A model generated the notes under the pieces. The model saw only the letters and a program-made list of their open reading frames with translations. It ran no database searches and had not been told where the DNA came from. A program made the position numbers and the translations under genes. A DNA stretch of 64,000 nucleotides from an uncultured Gemmatimonadales bacterium. Lineage in GTDB: Bacteria; Gemmatimonadota; Gemmatimonadetes; Longimicrobiales; RSA9. Of this stretch, positions 19,357 through 30,200 are shown piece by piece. Location of the stretch: NCBI GenBank assembly GCA_963783305.1, contig CAWAMW010000002.1:192001-256000 (forward strand), read 5' to 3'. Within the stretch, counting starts at the first letter, position 1; each line of letters starts with the position of its first letter.

Positions 19357-20091
19357 GTGATCGACAATCCCTTGCTGACTGTGCTGCTGTACTCCACGGC
19401 CGCGTCGGCGGCCGCGGTCCTGGGCGTGCTCCCCCAGGCCATCGGAGGGCGGCTGGCCCTCCCCATCTTCGGCTGGGCGAACGCACTCGCCTCCGGCCTC
19501 ATGCTCGGCGTGGCCTACACCCTCCTCACCGCGGGTCTCCACTCCAACATCGCCGCCGGTGCCCTCGGCGCCGCCCTCGGCATCGGCTTTGTCCGCGCCA
19601 CTCACGCCCTCTCCGGCACGGGCGAGCTCGACCTCCCGAGCCTCGACGACGCGCACGCCGACCACGGCTACAAGATCCTGCTCGCCGACACGCTTCACGC
19701 CGCCCACGAGGGCGTCGCCATCGGGGCCGCCATGGCCCTCTCCCTGCCCCTCGGTATCGCCATGGCCATCACCCTCGGCGTCCACAACATCCCCGAAGCC
19801 ATGGTCCTGACCCGCACCCTCGCGGGACACCGGCTCCCGCTGGCGCAGACCGCGGGGCTGGCGCTGGCCAGCAACCTCAACCAGGTCCTCATGGCCATCG
19901 TCACCTTCATCCTGATCGACGCCGCCCCGGCCATCCTCCCCGCGGTTACCGGCTTCGCCGTAGGGGCCTTCTTCTACCTGGTGCTGGTGGAGCTCCTACC
20001 CGAATCGTATCGCCAGGCCGGTCCTACCAGCATCGCCCTCGTGACCCTCGTCGCCATGGGTATCGTCGTACTGCTGACGGGGGTCCTGTGA
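19357..20091 (+). CDS. ZIP family metal transporter (divergent paralog)
   Basis: LASGLML, HAAHEG, HNIPEA, VELLPES. Confidence 0.85.
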   Translation: MIDNPLLTVLLYSTAASAAAVLGVLPQAIGGRLALPIFGWANALASGLMLGVAYTLLTAGLHSNIAAGALGAALGIGFVRATHALSGTGELDLPSLDDAHADHGYKILLADTLHAAHEGVAIGAAMALSLPLGIAMAITLGVHNIPEAMVLTRTLAGHRLPLAQTAGLALASNLNQVLMAIVTFILIDAAPAILPAVTGFAVGAFFYLVLVELLPESYRQAGPTSIALVTLVAMGIVVLLTGVL

Positions 20092-20825
20092 GCGACACCA
20101 CACTCGTCTTCCTCTACGCCCTCGCTACCGCCCTCGCCACCGGCCTCGGCGCGCTCCCGTTCATCTTCGTTCAGAAGATCTCGCTCCGCAGCGCCGCCTA
20201 CGCCAACGCGGTCGCGGCCGGACTCATGCTCGGCGCCAGCTTCGGACTCGTCCACCAAGGCACCGACCACGGCCGCGTCGAGACCCTCCTCGGGGCCCTT
20301 CTCGGCGTAGTCTTCATCCTCGCCACACAACGCATCCTCGGCGACCGCGATGAGGAAGATGTCGTCTTCGAAGCCGTACGCGGCGAGGGCGCCCGCAAGA
20401 TGCTCCTCATGCTCGTCGTCATGACCGTCCACTCCTTCTCCGAGGGCGTGGCCGTCGGCGTGTCTTTCGGAGGCGGCATCACCCTCGCCACGCTCATCAC
20501 CCTCGCCATCGCCATCCACAACATCCCCGAAGGAATCGCGATCACCGCCGTACTCCGCCCCCACGGCGTCCCCCTCTGGAAGTGCGCCAGCTGGAGCGTC
20601 ATCTCCTCCCTGCCCCAGCCGCTCATGGCGGTCCCGGCCTTCCTCTTCGTCCACGCCTTCGCCCCCGCCCTCCCCTACGGCCTCGGCTTCGCCGCCGGCG
20701 CCATGATCTTCATGGTCCTGGTCGAACTCCTCCCCGAGGCCTTCCACCAGGGCCAGCGGGCCGGCGTGGCCACGGTCGCGAGTGCGTCCACCGTGGCCAT
20801 GGTGCTGTTCCAGCAGTGGCTGTAG
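20088..20825 (+). CDS. ZIP family metal transporter (GufA/ZupT-like)
   Basis: ATGLGALP, HSFSEG, HNIPEG, AAGAM, ELLPEA. Confidence 0.92.
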   Translation: MSDTTLVFLYALATALATGLGALPFIFVQKISLRSAAYANAVAAGLMLGASFGLVHQGTDHGRVETLLGALLGVVFILATQRILGDRDEEDVVFEAVRGEGARKMLLMLVVMTVHSFSEGVAVGVSFGGGITLATLITLAIAIHNIPEGIAITAVLRPHGVPLWKCASWSVISSLPQPLMAVPAFLFVHAFAPALPYGLGFAAGAMIFMVLVELLPEAFHQGQRAGVATVASASTVAMVLFQQWL

Positions 20826-20987
20826 CGGCGAGCCCGAGCGCGGAGGAGCCTTCCCGGATTTCATCACCGCCGTATGATAAATGCCGGCGGTCGACTCCGC
20901 CACCGGACGCGGGACGGGAGCAAGCAGGAGCGGGCCGGCATCGGGGCTGGATCAGGGGGACGTCCGCGCCCGCTGCTCAGACGTGAG

Positions 20988-21353
20988 CTGGCAGGGCTGC
21001 TGAAAAGTCTAAGGGGGGGCGGGTCGAGGGTCGATCCCTTCGGGACCCGCGGACGCGGGGGTCGATCCTCGGGGTCGCTTCGCTTCCCGGGGACCCCGCT
21101 GGAGCGGGGGTCGATCGCCGGCGTTTCGCGCGAGGCGACCGCGCTGCGCGCGGCGTCGACGGGACGGGGCTTCGGCGTGCGCCTGTGCTTCCAGCTACGG
21201 CGCCGGCGCGGCCGGGGGGAGAAGACGGAGCGCAGCGGAGATCGACCAGCGAGGCCGGAGGCGGAAGCGGTCGACCAGCGAGCGCAGCGACGCGATCGAC
21301 AGGGAGCGCACGCGACCGTTCGCTCCGTGCCCACACGTTTTCAGTGATTCCTA
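20988..21353 (+). repeat. Dispersed non-coding repeat, copy 2 (MITE/REP-like, imperfect terminal IRs)
   Basis: Starts CTGGCAGGGCTGCTGAAAAG, ends near TTTTCAG (21338-21344); long blocks shared with 54570-54887. Confidence 0.88.
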
Positions 21354-22208
21354 CAGCTCGTCCACGAGCGAACGATAGCCCTCCCGGAAGGTCGGGTACC
21401 GGAAACGGTAGCCCGACTCCACCAGCCGGCGGGAAGAGCATCGTTTGTTCGTCCCGCGGCGGCCGGTCGAGTCCTCGTGCCCCTCTCCCCTGGCGCATGG
21501 ATCCGGGACACCCCCGCGCTCGGCGACCCAGCGGTAGACCTCTCGCAACGGCGCCGGGTCTCGGTCGACGCCCACATAGAGCGGTGCCGGGGCCGGGAGA
21601 TCGAGGAGGTGACGGAGGGCGCCAGCGGCGTCATCGCGATGAATGCGGTTGGCAAAGCTGTTCGGGGCGGGGCAGCCCGCCTCTCCGCTGAGCACGCGCC
21701 GAACGGTGCGGGTTCGGCCGGGCCCGTATATGCCGCCCAGGCGTAGCACGATGCCGTGCTCCCCCAGCTGGCCGATCAGGCGCTCGCCTTCCAGCACCAC
21801 CCGGCCGGTGGGATCGGCGGGTTCCGGCGGCGTGTCCTCGTCGACCCAGCGCCCGTCTTCAGGGCCGTAGACGCCCGTGCTGGAGACCAGGAGCACGCGC
21901 CGTGGCTCCGGCCCCGGCGCGCCGAGGGCGTTGAGCACATTCCGAAGCCCATCCACATACGCGGTACGGTAGGCGCCCTCGCTGCGGCCGCCGGGGGCCA
22001 CGGCGTACACGAGCGCGTCGACGGGTTCTCCCACCGTGCCGCGGAGTCCACTCAGCGTCGCCGCGTCCGACACGTCCGCCGCGATGCCCAGGACTCCGTT
22101 CGGGAGCGTCGACGCGTTCCGCTTGAGCCCGGCGACGTGGCGCCCGTCTTCCACGAGCAGCTGGGCCAGCCGGCCGCCCACGTAGCCGCAGCCCGCGATC
22201 AGGATCAT
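21351..22208 (-). CDS. NAD(P)-dependent epimerase / atypical SDR (YeeZ-like)
   Basis: GCGYVG, SSTGVYG, LRLGGIYGPGR, NRIHRDD. Confidence 0.9.
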   Translation of the reverse strand: MILIAGCGYVGGRLAQLLVEDGRHVAGLKRNASTLPNGVLGIAADVSDAATLSGLRGTVGEPVDALVYAVAPGGRSEGAYRTAYVDGLRNVLNALGAPGPEPRRVLLVSSTGVYGPEDGRWVDEDTPPEPADPTGRVVLEGERLIGQLGEHGIVLRLGGIYGPGRTRTVRRVLSGEAGCPAPNSFANRIHRDDAAGALRHLLDLPAPAPLYVGVDRDPAPLREVYRWVAERGGVPDPCARGEGHEDSTGRRGTNKRCSSRRLVESGYRFRYPTFREGYRSLVDEL

Positions 22209-23290
22209 CAGCCGGTCTGCACGATCTCGTCGCTGATGCGGTACTCGCCATCGAGCCAGGCGATGATCTCCCGCGCCGCCGGATGGTCCACATTGCCGTA
22301 GCGCTCCCGAAGCGGCCCCTCCTTGTCGGCGAGCCGGTCCAGCCCCACGTCCTGGAGGATGAGAAGGTCCTCCCGCAGCCGGTCGCCGAGCTCCCGCCCC
22401 AGGACCAGACGCGCGGCGCGCTGGAAGGAGGCGGCGTAGTCGTACTCAGCGCCCTGGACGTAGCTGTCCACCAGTGTCAGTGCCGGGATCCGGGTCAGGG
22501 TGGGCTGGAGGGAGGGGTTGATGGCGTGCCCCGCTATGGCGTCGGCGAGCGCTGCGGGCCGCCCCGTGAACCCGCGGAGGTGGAGGTACTGGGACATGCG
22601 CGTACCGTCGTTGACGGGATAGTTGTCCCACAGGAACGGCTTCCGGCCCATGGCCTCCGCCACCCGCTCGATATGGCCGGTGGTGATCTCCCGCGACACG
22701 ACCTCCGGCCCGGTCCAGTAAAGCTCGATGGCCGGGTCGAGGCCGCGGCCCAGCTCCTGGAGATAGCCCTCCGGGCGCTCGCCGAAGACCCGGTCGAGGA
22801 CGGGGTCATCCGTGTAATAGCTCGGACAGACCAGGAGCCGACCGGCGGCCGTCCGATCGGCCACCCACCCCGCCACCTCCACCTGTCGAGCCGCGAGCTC
22901 GGGCGAGTCGCCGCGCATGTCATCGAAGAGTAGCGCCAGGTCGTCGATCCCGAGCTCGTCGAGGAAGCGGAGCTTGCGGGCCAGCGCGTCGCGGGCGCTG
23001 TCGTCGAAGTTGAGGAAGACCTCGTACGGACTGAGCCCCACGCCGAAGCGAACTCCCGCCGCACGGCACTCCGCGGCCACGGCGGCCAGCGACTCCGCCA
23101 TGTCCCGCGGATGGTCCTCACGCCACCGTTTCCGCAGGTACGGGTCGAGCTTGGGAGCGTACACGTAGGAGGAGTAGCCGCGTCCGGCCAGGAACCGGAT
23201 GGTGTCCGAGCGTGCGTCCCAGCTCCACGACCGGCCGTAGTACCCCTCGATGATCCCCAGCTCCGTCGCGGGCCGCCCGTCGGACTCCAT
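22208..23290 (-). CDS. GH84 beta-N-acetylglucosaminidase (O-GlcNAcase-like)
   Basis: GIIEGYYG, YVYAPK.D, LFDD catalytic pair, WTG, WDNYPVND. Confidence 0.92.
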   Translation of the reverse strand: MESDGRPATELGIIEGYYGRSWSWDARSDTIRFLAGRGYSSYVYAPKLDPYLRKRWREDHPRDMAESLAAVAAECRAAGVRFGVGLSPYEVFLNFDDSARDALARKLRFLDELGIDDLALLFDDMRGDSPELAARQVEVAGWVADRTAAGRLLVCPSYYTDDPVLDRVFGERPEGYLQELGRGLDPAIELYWTGPEVVSREITTGHIERVAEAMGRKPFLWDNYPVNDGTRMSQYLHLRGFTGRPAALADAIAGHAINPSLQPTLTRIPALTLVDSYVQGAEYDYAASFQRAARLVLGRELGDRLREDLLILQDVGLDRLADKEGPLRERYGNVDHPAAREIIAWLDGEYRISDEIVQTG

Positions 23291-23438
23291 CGTCACCCCT
23301 ATCCTCGTGGTCTGGTTGGCCTGGTCAGCGACCGGTCACTGGCCCCACGGCGAAGCGGCCGCACCGGCGGATGCGCCAGGGGCACGTGCTCTTCCCGAGC
23401 CCCATGCGACCCCACCCGAGTCCCGTGCCGGGACGTGA

Positions 23439-24122
23439 TCAGTCGCTGGAGAGCGCCACCCGCGCGTCGAACTCGATCTCGCTGAGGCGAAGGGTGCCGC
23501 TCAGGTCGCCGGTCGCCTCCACGCCGATGGCGAACGGGATGCTGCCGGACGCCAGTGCGGCGTTCATCTCCGCCACCACCTCATCGAGCGTCATGGACTG
23601 CCACGCGGACAGCGCGGGCCGGCTCGCCGCCGGAAGGCTGGCGAGGAAGCTCTCCACCGAGCTCTGATCGATGGTCGCACTCCCCAGCTGGATCTGCCGC
23701 GGCTGCACGTCCACCACCTCCGCATTCTGCACTGTCAACAGCACGGGTGTGCCGGGGATCGGCACGCCACCCAGGAACAGGAAGATGCGGATGCTGCCGT
23801 CCTGCGCGGCGGCGATGCTGCTCGCGCCGGAAACGGACCCGGTGGCGGGCATGAAGGAGAAGAAGCCCGGCTCGATCTGGATCGATCGGAGCACTTCGAC
23901 GCGGTCGATGTCGCTGTCGTTCGAGGCCGTGCCGGAGTTGGCCGTCGGCTCCCCCGGCGAGACCTGTACGCTGCCGAGCTCGGCGGGGATCTCCACGGGT
24001 GCGTCCTCGATGTCCAGCAGGAGGTCCACGTCCTTGAGCGGGTCGGTGATGTCACAGGCGCCGAGTGCCAGGACCGCCATCGACAGGGCTGCGGGTCGAA
24101 TCCATTTCATGGTGATTCTCAT
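23439..24122 (-). CDS. Hypothetical lipoprotein
   Basis: Lipobox LALGAC; acidic mature region. Confidence 0.7.
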   Translation of the reverse strand: MRITMKWIRPAALSMAVLALGACDITDPLKDVDLLLDIEDAPVEIPAELGSVQVSPGEPTANSGTASNDSDIDRVEVLRSIQIEPGFFSFMPATGSVSGASSIAAAQDGSIRIFLFLGGVPIPGTPVLLTVQNAEVVDVQPRQIQLGSATIDQSSVESFLASLPAASRPALSAWQSMTLDEVVAEMNAALASGSIPFAIGVEATGDLSGTLRLSEIEFDARVALSSD

Positions 24123-24168
24123 GGGTTCTACGGTTCGTGTGGCAGGAACGATTGCGAGAGACAGGCCG

Positions 24169-24810
24169 TCAGAAAACGCGCACGGAAAGCCCGAGCGTGG
24201 CGATGGGGTACACCTGCACCCAGCTCAGGTTCTCCTCGATCTGCTCCGCTTCCTGGGCCGTGGGCGTGAGCATGCCGGTGGTGACCAGCTCGACGTCCGG
24301 CGACCCCAGGTAGAGGGCGCCCACGTCCAACTGGATGCCGACCCGACGCGAGAGCGCGTTGCCAAAGCCGATCCCGCCGTAGGGCGCGAGGGTCATGGAC
24401 GGCGTGATCTCGGCCGTGACAGAGCCCACCTGCTCCGGAGAGTAGGATCGCGATCCCACCTCCACCGGCTCGAGCGGAACGATGCTGCCGTTGCCCTCGA
24501 TGCCGTTGTACACGCCGCCCACGCTGAAGCGGAAGCCGCCCCCCGTGGGGTACCAGTCGGCGATGAGGGAGCCCAGCATGAGCGTGCCCTCGGCCGCGAC
24601 CGAGACGTCGTAATCGGCCTCGATCTCCAGGTCATCGCGCGAATAATTGAAGTAGCTGGCTTCTGCCCGAACGTTCACCTTCGGGTGGACGCCCACCACG
24701 ACTCCGCCCCCGAACCCGCCGGTCCCCGCGCGCGCCAGCAGCGCGATCTTCTGGGCGTGGAGCGGAGCGGCGCCGATGAGCAGGAGACTCAGGGCGAGAA
24801 TGGCACGCAT
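24169..24810 (-). CDS. Outer-membrane beta-barrel protein
   Basis: Signal peptide, AGTGGFG, DWYP..GFR, PYGGIGFGN, terminal Phe. Confidence 0.8.
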   Translation of the reverse strand: MRAILALSLLLIGAAPLHAQKIALLARAGTGGFGGGVVVGVHPKVNVRAEASYFNYSRDDLEIEADYDVSVAAEGTLMLGSLIADWYPTGGGFRFSVGGVYNGIEGNGSIVPLEPVEVGSRSYSPEQVGSVTAEITPSMTLAPYGGIGFGNALSRRVGIQLDVGALYLGSPDVELVTTGMLTPTAQEAEQIEENLSWVQVYPIATLGLSVRVF

Positions 24811-24949
24811 TGCACTTACCTTCGCATTCCGGGGGTGACGCCCTGGCGAAAGCCAGAGCTTGATGCCCGCAACGATAATCACGGGGGCCGCCCTTAACAA
24901 TGGGACATTCGCCGCAGGATTGGCAGATATCTTGCCACCGAGCACCTCC

Positions 24950-27244
24950 ATGCCGACACAGGCCCACCCCAGCTATCCCGAGACCCGGACGGTCCTCTCA
25001 CTGACGCTGGCGCTCACGCTCTGCGCTGGAGCGCCGGGGAGAGCGCGCGGGCAGGAGGGGCCGGCGGCGATCGACACCGCGGTCGCGGCTGCAAACGTCG
25101 GCGGGGACGCTGAAGCGGGACCGCCCGAAGTCGAGCGGGTGAAGTTCCGGGGAGTGGAGGCGCTGGAGGAGTCGACGCTCCGGGCGAGCATCGCCACGCA
25201 GGAGACGGACTGCAAGAGCCCCCTCCTCCGCCCGTTCTGCGCCCTCGGAGCATGGGACCTCCTGGTGAACCGTCATTACCTGGACCTGGAGGCGGTGCGA
25301 GAGGACGAGGCGCGGCTTCGTATCCACTACTACCAGCGGGGCTACCGCTCCGCCCGTGTCTCATCCGAGGTGCTCCCGTCCGGCGATGACGTGGAGGTGG
25401 TCTTCACGATCGAGGAGGGCCCGGCGACACGGATCCAGGCGTGGTCGCTGCGGCAGCACTCAAACGTGCTGTCGGAGCGGAGGATCCGGCGAGCGCTCCT
25501 GCCGCACGAGGGGGATCCACTGGACCTGCTCCGGATCGTGGACGGGCTGGAGGATCTCGCCGGCGCGTACGGCGAGAACGGCTACCTGGATGCCGAGCTG
25601 CGCGACAGCATCGCCGTGACGCCGGACGGACTGCGAGCCCGGGTGACGATCGAGCTGGACCCCGGCCCACGCTCTACGCTGGCGTCGCTGGACGTGCAGG
25701 GGAACGAGCGGGTCTCGGAGGGGGCGATCGAGAAAGCGCTGATGCTGAGGCCGGGGAACGTGCTCCGGACCACCGACCTGACGGCGAGCCAGCGCAGTCT
25801 GTACGAGTCGAATCTCTTCCACGAGGCGCGAGTGCGGGTGCCGGAGCAGCCGGACAGCGCGAAGCGGGTGAGGGTCATGGTGCGGGAGGCTCCGCCGCGC
25901 GGTGGCCGGGTCGGCGTCGGATTCAACAGCATCGAGTTCTTGCAGGCGGAAGGGCGCTTCACCCACTATGACTGGCTGGGTGGCAGCCGCCGTCTCGACC
26001 TGCGAGCGGCGGTGGGGAACCTGCTGGCGAGCTCGCTGAACGGCCGGACCGTCTTCAGGGACGTGCTGCCGCCGGCGTCCGGGGTGGTGGAGCGCGACGA
26101 GTTCCTGCAACCGACCTGGCAGATAAGCGCCGAGTTCCGCCAGCCCACGTTTCTGTCCGCCGCCAACGTGCTGTCGTTCTCGGCCTTCGCCCATCGGCGT
26201 ACCATCCCCGCCATCGCCGTCGACGAGGGCTACGGCGGCGATCTCTCCGCCACCCGTCGGCTCGACTACCCCACCGCCATCACCGCCTCCTACCGCTACG
26301 AGCTCTCCAACGTGCAGGCGGGCGACCTCTACTTCTGCGCCAATTACGGGATCTGTCAGCCGCTCACTATCGACGCACTCCGGAGCAGCCACCGGATCTC
26401 TCCGGTGTCGCTGACATTCGTAGACGACCGGGTGGACGACCCCATCTCGCCCGCGTCCGGGTACCGGCTGAACGCCGGGCTCGAACATGCGTCGGCGCTC
26501 ACTCAGTCCGACTTCGCCTATCAGCGGATTTCGGCGGCCGGCGCGTACTACCGCCCCCTCGACCTCAACCGCCGACGGGTCCTCGCCGGCCACCTGCGCG
26601 TGGGGTGGGTCCGGCCGCTCGGGGGCACCGCCGAGGCCGTGGGGCTCGGAGAGGACGTCGAGCTCCTCCACCCCCGCAAACGGTTCTTCGCAGGCGGCGC
26701 ACGCTCGGTCCGCGGCTATCACGAGAACCAGCTGGGACCGCGCGTCCTGACCGTGGACCCGAACGCACTCCTCGAGTACGCCGGATGTGAACGGTCCGAT
26801 CTGGTCGACGGCACCTGCGACCCCGCGGCCGTGCCGGTGTCCGCTCTGCTGCCACGGCCCGTGGGCGGCCGGTCCGTGGTGGAGGCGAGCGTGGAGTACC
26901 GGTTCCCCATCACCGACGCGGTGACCGGCGCGGTGTTCGTCGATGGGGCACTGGTGGGAGGAGCCGTGCGGGATCTGCTGCAAAAGGGCGGACGCGCCGT
27001 GACACCGGGGTTCGGCGCCCGCCTCCGCTCCCCGGTGGGGCCGATCCGCGTGGATCTCGGGATCCGGCCGCTGCTGCGCGAGGAGCTGCCGGTGATCACG
27101 GAATACGTGGATGGTGACGGGGTCGCGCAGCTGGTTCAGCTCGAGACGCCGTATCAGTACGACCCGCTCGCCGACTCCGGCAATTTCCTCGACGAGGTCC
27201 TGGGCCGCCTCGTCCTCCACCTCTCCATCGGGGAGGCGTTCTGA
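24950..27244 (+). CDS. tamA: Omp85 family TamA/BamA-like protein
   Basis: POTRA-like repeats, FFAGGARSVRGY, SPVGPIRVD, HLSIGEAF end; abuts tamB. Confidence 0.9.
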   Translation: MPTQAHPSYPETRTVLSLTLALTLCAGAPGRARGQEGPAAIDTAVAAANVGGDAEAGPPEVERVKFRGVEALEESTLRASIATQETDCKSPLLRPFCALGAWDLLVNRHYLDLEAVREDEARLRIHYYQRGYRSARVSSEVLPSGDDVEVVFTIEEGPATRIQAWSLRQHSNVLSERRIRRALLPHEGDPLDLLRIVDGLEDLAGAYGENGYLDAELRDSIAVTPDGLRARVTIELDPGPRSTLASLDVQGNERVSEGAIEKALMLRPGNVLRTTDLTASQRSLYESNLFHEARVRVPEQPDSAKRVRVMVREAPPRGGRVGVGFNSIEFLQAEGRFTHYDWLGGSRRLDLRAAVGNLLASSLNGRTVFRDVLPPASGVVERDEFLQPTWQISAEFRQPTFLSAANVLSFSAFAHRRTIPAIAVDEGYGGDLSATRRLDYPTAITASYRYELSNVQAGDLYFCANYGICQPLTIDALRSSHRISPVSLTFVDDRVDDPISPASGYRLNAGLEHASALTQSDFAYQRISAAGAYYRPLDLNRRRVLAGHLRVGWVRPLGGTAEAVGLGEDVELLHPRKRFFAGGARSVRGYHENQLGPRVLTVDPNALLEYAGCERSDLVDGTCDPAAVPVSALLPRPVGGRSVVEASVEYRFPITDAVTGAVFVDGALVGGAVRDLLQKGGRAVTPGFGARLRSPVGPIRVDLGIRPLLREELPVITEYVDGDGVAQLVQLETPYQYDPLADSGNFLDEVLGRLVLHLSIGEAF

Positions 27245-30200
27245 TGCGGGGCCGGCGCCTGGCGAAGTGGGTGGGGCTCGGCGCCGCCGTGGTGGGAGTC
27301 GTCGTCCTGGTCGTCCTCCTCGTGTTCACGCAGACCGACTGGGGCCGAGAACGTACACGGGCCTTCGCGCTCGATCAGCTGGCCACCATGATCAACGGAC
27401 AGGTCGAAATCGGCCGGATCGAGGGCAACCTGCTGAAACGGATCCGGCTCATCGATGTCAGCATACGCGACGAGCGGGGCCGGCTGTTCCTGCAAGCCGA
27501 CACGCTCGAGGCACGCTTCGGGCTCCGGGCGCTGCTGCGACAGCGGATCGAGCTGGGGGAGCTGCGGATCGTCGACGCGCACCTGGTTCTCGACCAGCCG
27601 CCGGGCGAGGAATGGAACTACGTCCGGATCTTCGATACCGGAGCTCAGGACACAGGCGGCGGGGCGTCACCGTGGGGCGACTGGGTGACGCTGGAGGAGG
27701 TCGTACTGGTGGACACGCGTGTCACCGTGCGGGCGGAATGGCAGCCAGCGGAGGGACTGAGCCCGGAAGAGCGGCGGACCGCGACGCGGCTGGCGCTGGC
27801 CGGCGAGGCGCGCGAGCACGTGGTGGAGGTGCCGGGGGGCTACCAGAACGTCATGGAGTTCCGGGAGCTGGATGCCCGGCTGACCGAGGTCGTGGTGGCC
27901 CACCCGGACAGCGCGGGCATGCACTTCAACCTGGCGGGGCTGAGCGGCCTCGTGCGACCCTTCTCCCCGCCTGCCGCCCGGGTCCGGGATCTGGCGGGGG
28001 ATTTCAGCATCGTACGGGACTCGCTGTTCATGAGCGAAGTGCGGGCGGAGCTGAGCCATTCCCGTCTGGCCGGCGGCGGAGTCTACGCCATCCCCTCCGG
28101 CGAGCTCCTGCTGGTCGCCCACGCCGACCCGGTGGCTTTCGGCGATCTCCGCTGGCTCTACCCGCAGCTTCCGGAAGAGGGGGTCGGGAGCATGGAGATG
28201 ACCCTGGAGGTGGGCACGCCCGGCACGCGGATCGTCCTGAGGGACATGGACGTGGCCCTGGGCGACGCGCGGTTGACCGGGCTGCTGGATGTTACGACCG
28301 GGGACGGGCTCCGCTTCGGGCCGACGGACCTCGATTTCACCGCCCTGGGCACGGACGTGGTCGAGCGCTTCACGGACATCGAGATGCCGCGGCAGGGTGA
28401 ACTGAGCGGCACGGTAGCGCTGCGCGGCCCTCCCCGCTCACTCGCACTGAACGCGGACGTGCGCTTCGATGACGCCGCCGGCCCCAACAGCCGGGTACTG
28501 GCCGAGGGCTCCCTCGGCACCGAGCCGGCGCTGCGGTTCCAGGAGCTGCGCCTCCGGTTCCGCCCGCTCGACGCCACGCTCGCCCGTGCGGTGGCGCCGG
28601 ACCTCCCGCTCCGGGGCACCATCGAGGGCTCCGCCGTGGTCACGGGTACCCCCACGAACCTGGAGGTCGACGCCGACCTGGCACTGCGCGACCCGCGCCA
28701 CGGCCTGAGCCGCGTGCGGCTCGCGGGAGGGCTGGACACCCGCGAGGACGTGCAGCTGCGCCAAATGGTCGTACGGATGGACCCGCTTCGACTCGACCTG
28801 ATCCGGGACGAGATCCCGGCGCTCCCGCAGGGCGCCGCCGCAACGGGGCGCCTGGTACTGGACGGGGCTGTCTCCGGGACGCTGAACGTCGACGGTAACC
28901 TCGTGGTCGACGACCCCGCCACGGGCGTGAGCGAGGTCGGGGCGACCGGCCGGATCGCTCTCTCCGATGGCCCGCGCTTCCATGGGCTGCGGCTCCGCTT
29001 CGACCCGCTCCAGGCGGAGCTCGCCCGCTCCCTGATCCCGGAGCTGGGGGTCCGCGGCACCATCGCCGGCACCGCGATGCTCACCGGCACTCCCGAATCG
29101 CTGGAGGTGGACGCCGACCTGTCACTCCGGGACCCGCGTTACGGATTGAGCCGCGTGGCCGCCGTGGGAGGGCTCGACACCGGGAGTGAGCTGCGACTCC
29201 GGGGCATGCGCGTGCGGATGGACCCGCTCCAGGCCGATGTGCTGCGTGAATGGCTGCCGGACCTCCCGCCGGGCGGCTCGCTAACCGGCGCCTTGAACAT
29301 CGACGGTGCGCCGGCACGCTTCGTCACCGTCTCCGGCGAGGTGGCGCACCATCACCCGGAGCTGGGAGTCAGTCGCGTGGAGATCGATGGCGGCATCGGC
29401 CTGGCGAGCCCTGTGCGGTTCGAGGACCTCGACCTGCGCCTCGAGCCGCTCCAGATGGCACTGGCACGGGCCCTGGTACCGGACCTTCCTCTGGGCGGGG
29501 CCCTCCGCGGGACGGCCCGCCTGAACGGCTCCCCCGAATCGCGCCTCCTCGTCCGCGGTGACCTGGTCCACGTCGAGAACGGCGAGCGGTCACACGTGGC
29601 CGGGACCGCCGACGTGGCGCTTGGGCCGGGCGGATCTACCGCCGTGGACGTCCGGCTCGAGCCGCTCTCACTCGCGGTGGCCGGGCAGTTCGTGCCGGGC
29701 GCCGGGCTCCACGGCACCGTGGCGGGGCGACTCCGTGCGAGCGGTGACGTGGGCGACATCTCGCTCGACGCGGACCTCACCACCGCGGATGGCGGTCGGA
29801 TCGTGGCCGAGGGTACGCTCGACCTATCGGGCGCCGAACCGATCTACGATCTGGACACGCGGCTCTCGGACTTCGACCTCGCCGCTCTCAGCTGGCGCGC
29901 GCCCGCCCGCACCGATCTCACCGGCACGGTGGTGGCGCGCGGCCGCGGGCTGGACCCGGCTACGATGAACGCGGTCATCGACGCCGATCTCGTGTCCAGC
30001 GAGGTGAGCGATCTGGGCGCGGACCTGCTCCGGCTCCGCGTCGCCCTGAACGACGGTCTGGCGCGCATGGATTCGTCGGTCATCCGGCTCGACGGGGCGG
30101 AGGCGGTGCTGGACGGCAGCTTCGGACTCGTGGCCGGCCGCCACGGCGAGCTGGCCTACCGGGTCGAAGTGGACTCGCTCCACGCCTTCGCCAGCTGGCT

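Noticed and set aside
20864..21347. ORFs spanning the dispersed repeat
   Set aside because: Frames are not conserved among the three copies; low-complexity translation
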